A stretch of DNA of 33,725 bases from Minisyncoccota bacterium (GTDB lineage Bacteria; Patescibacteriota; Minisyncoccia; Minisyncoccales; JAZKSW01). The translations under genes were made by a program, and so were the position numbers. This document shows, piece by piece, positions 33,484 through 33,725 of the stretch (positions within the stretch are counted from its first letter, which is position 1; each line of letters opens with the position of its first letter). The notes under the pieces are model-generated. The model did not search any database and was not told the DNA's origin. It saw only the letters and a program-made list of their open reading frames with translations. The DNA is taken from positions 1 to 33,725 of the forward strand of contig JAZKSW010000002.1 of NCBI GenBank assembly GCA_036625875.1. The letters are read 5' to 3'.

Positions 33484-33725
33484 ATGTCAGAAATAGAGTT
33501 TTTACAAGAAAAAAATGAAGAACTACCCTCCGAATTTGAACCATACGTCAAAGAATGGTTCCGGGATTCTTTTGATGAATTATCTCCACCTCAAAAACAT
33601 TCTTTCGAGCAAATTCACAATAAAGAGAATTTGCTGATATCAGCGCCGACCGGCTCGGGGAAGACTGTTGGTGCCTTTTTATCTATGATCAATGAATTAT
33701 TCTTAATGGGAGAACAAGATGAATT
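33484..33725 (+). CDS. lhr: Lhr-like SF2 helicase, N-terminal part (runs off the window; not in ORF track)
   Basis: MSEIEF...PYVKEWF...F..LSPPQ...I...ENLLISAPTGSGKT..AFL..I.EL (Q motif plus Walker A). Confidence 0.85.
   Translation, partial: MSEIEFLQEKNEELPSEFEPYVKEWFRDSFDELSPPQKHSFEQIHNKENLLISAPTGSGKTVGAFLSMINELFLMGEQDE

Noticed and set aside
1-33725. Recoded TGA (genetic code 25) or a prophage/mobile island
   Set aside because: Conserved genes (xseA, xseB, nitroreductase, polX) end in TGA at the expected positions; no phage, integrase or transposase genes seen

Overview
AT-rich, gene-dense bacterial chromosome segment using the standard genetic code (TGA is used as a stop). Gene content and style suggest a CPR/Patescibacteria (Parcubacteria-like) genome, possibly from a saline habitat; this is inference. 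It carries DNA repair and nucleotide-sanitising genes (rarA, xseAB, mutM-like, DUF72, polX, two NUDIX, tandem HD, partial lhr) and envelope genes (LysM-RlpA, MltG-DUF1460 fusion, CapA family, PG-binding Cys-rich protein, degenerate PlsY). It also has rtcA, greA, dtd, a treT-like GT, tRNA-Cys and a minus-strand smpB-ssrA-infC-rpmI-rplT-lepA block. No transposase, integrase, prophage or CRISPR array was seen. The most notable signals are: (1) a 72-73 bp structured repeat in three copies, each ending exactly on the ATG of an unrelated gene; (2) an unannotated leader-peptide attenuator in front of two orphan micro-ORFs; (3) an AAAGGTC(G/C) motif 24-28 nt upstream of four start codons; (4) near-leaderless, SD-less core genes versus strongly SD-led monocistronic genes; (5) tRNA/tmRNA genes abutting CDSs; (6) an MltG fused to a putative anhydro-muropeptide amidase.
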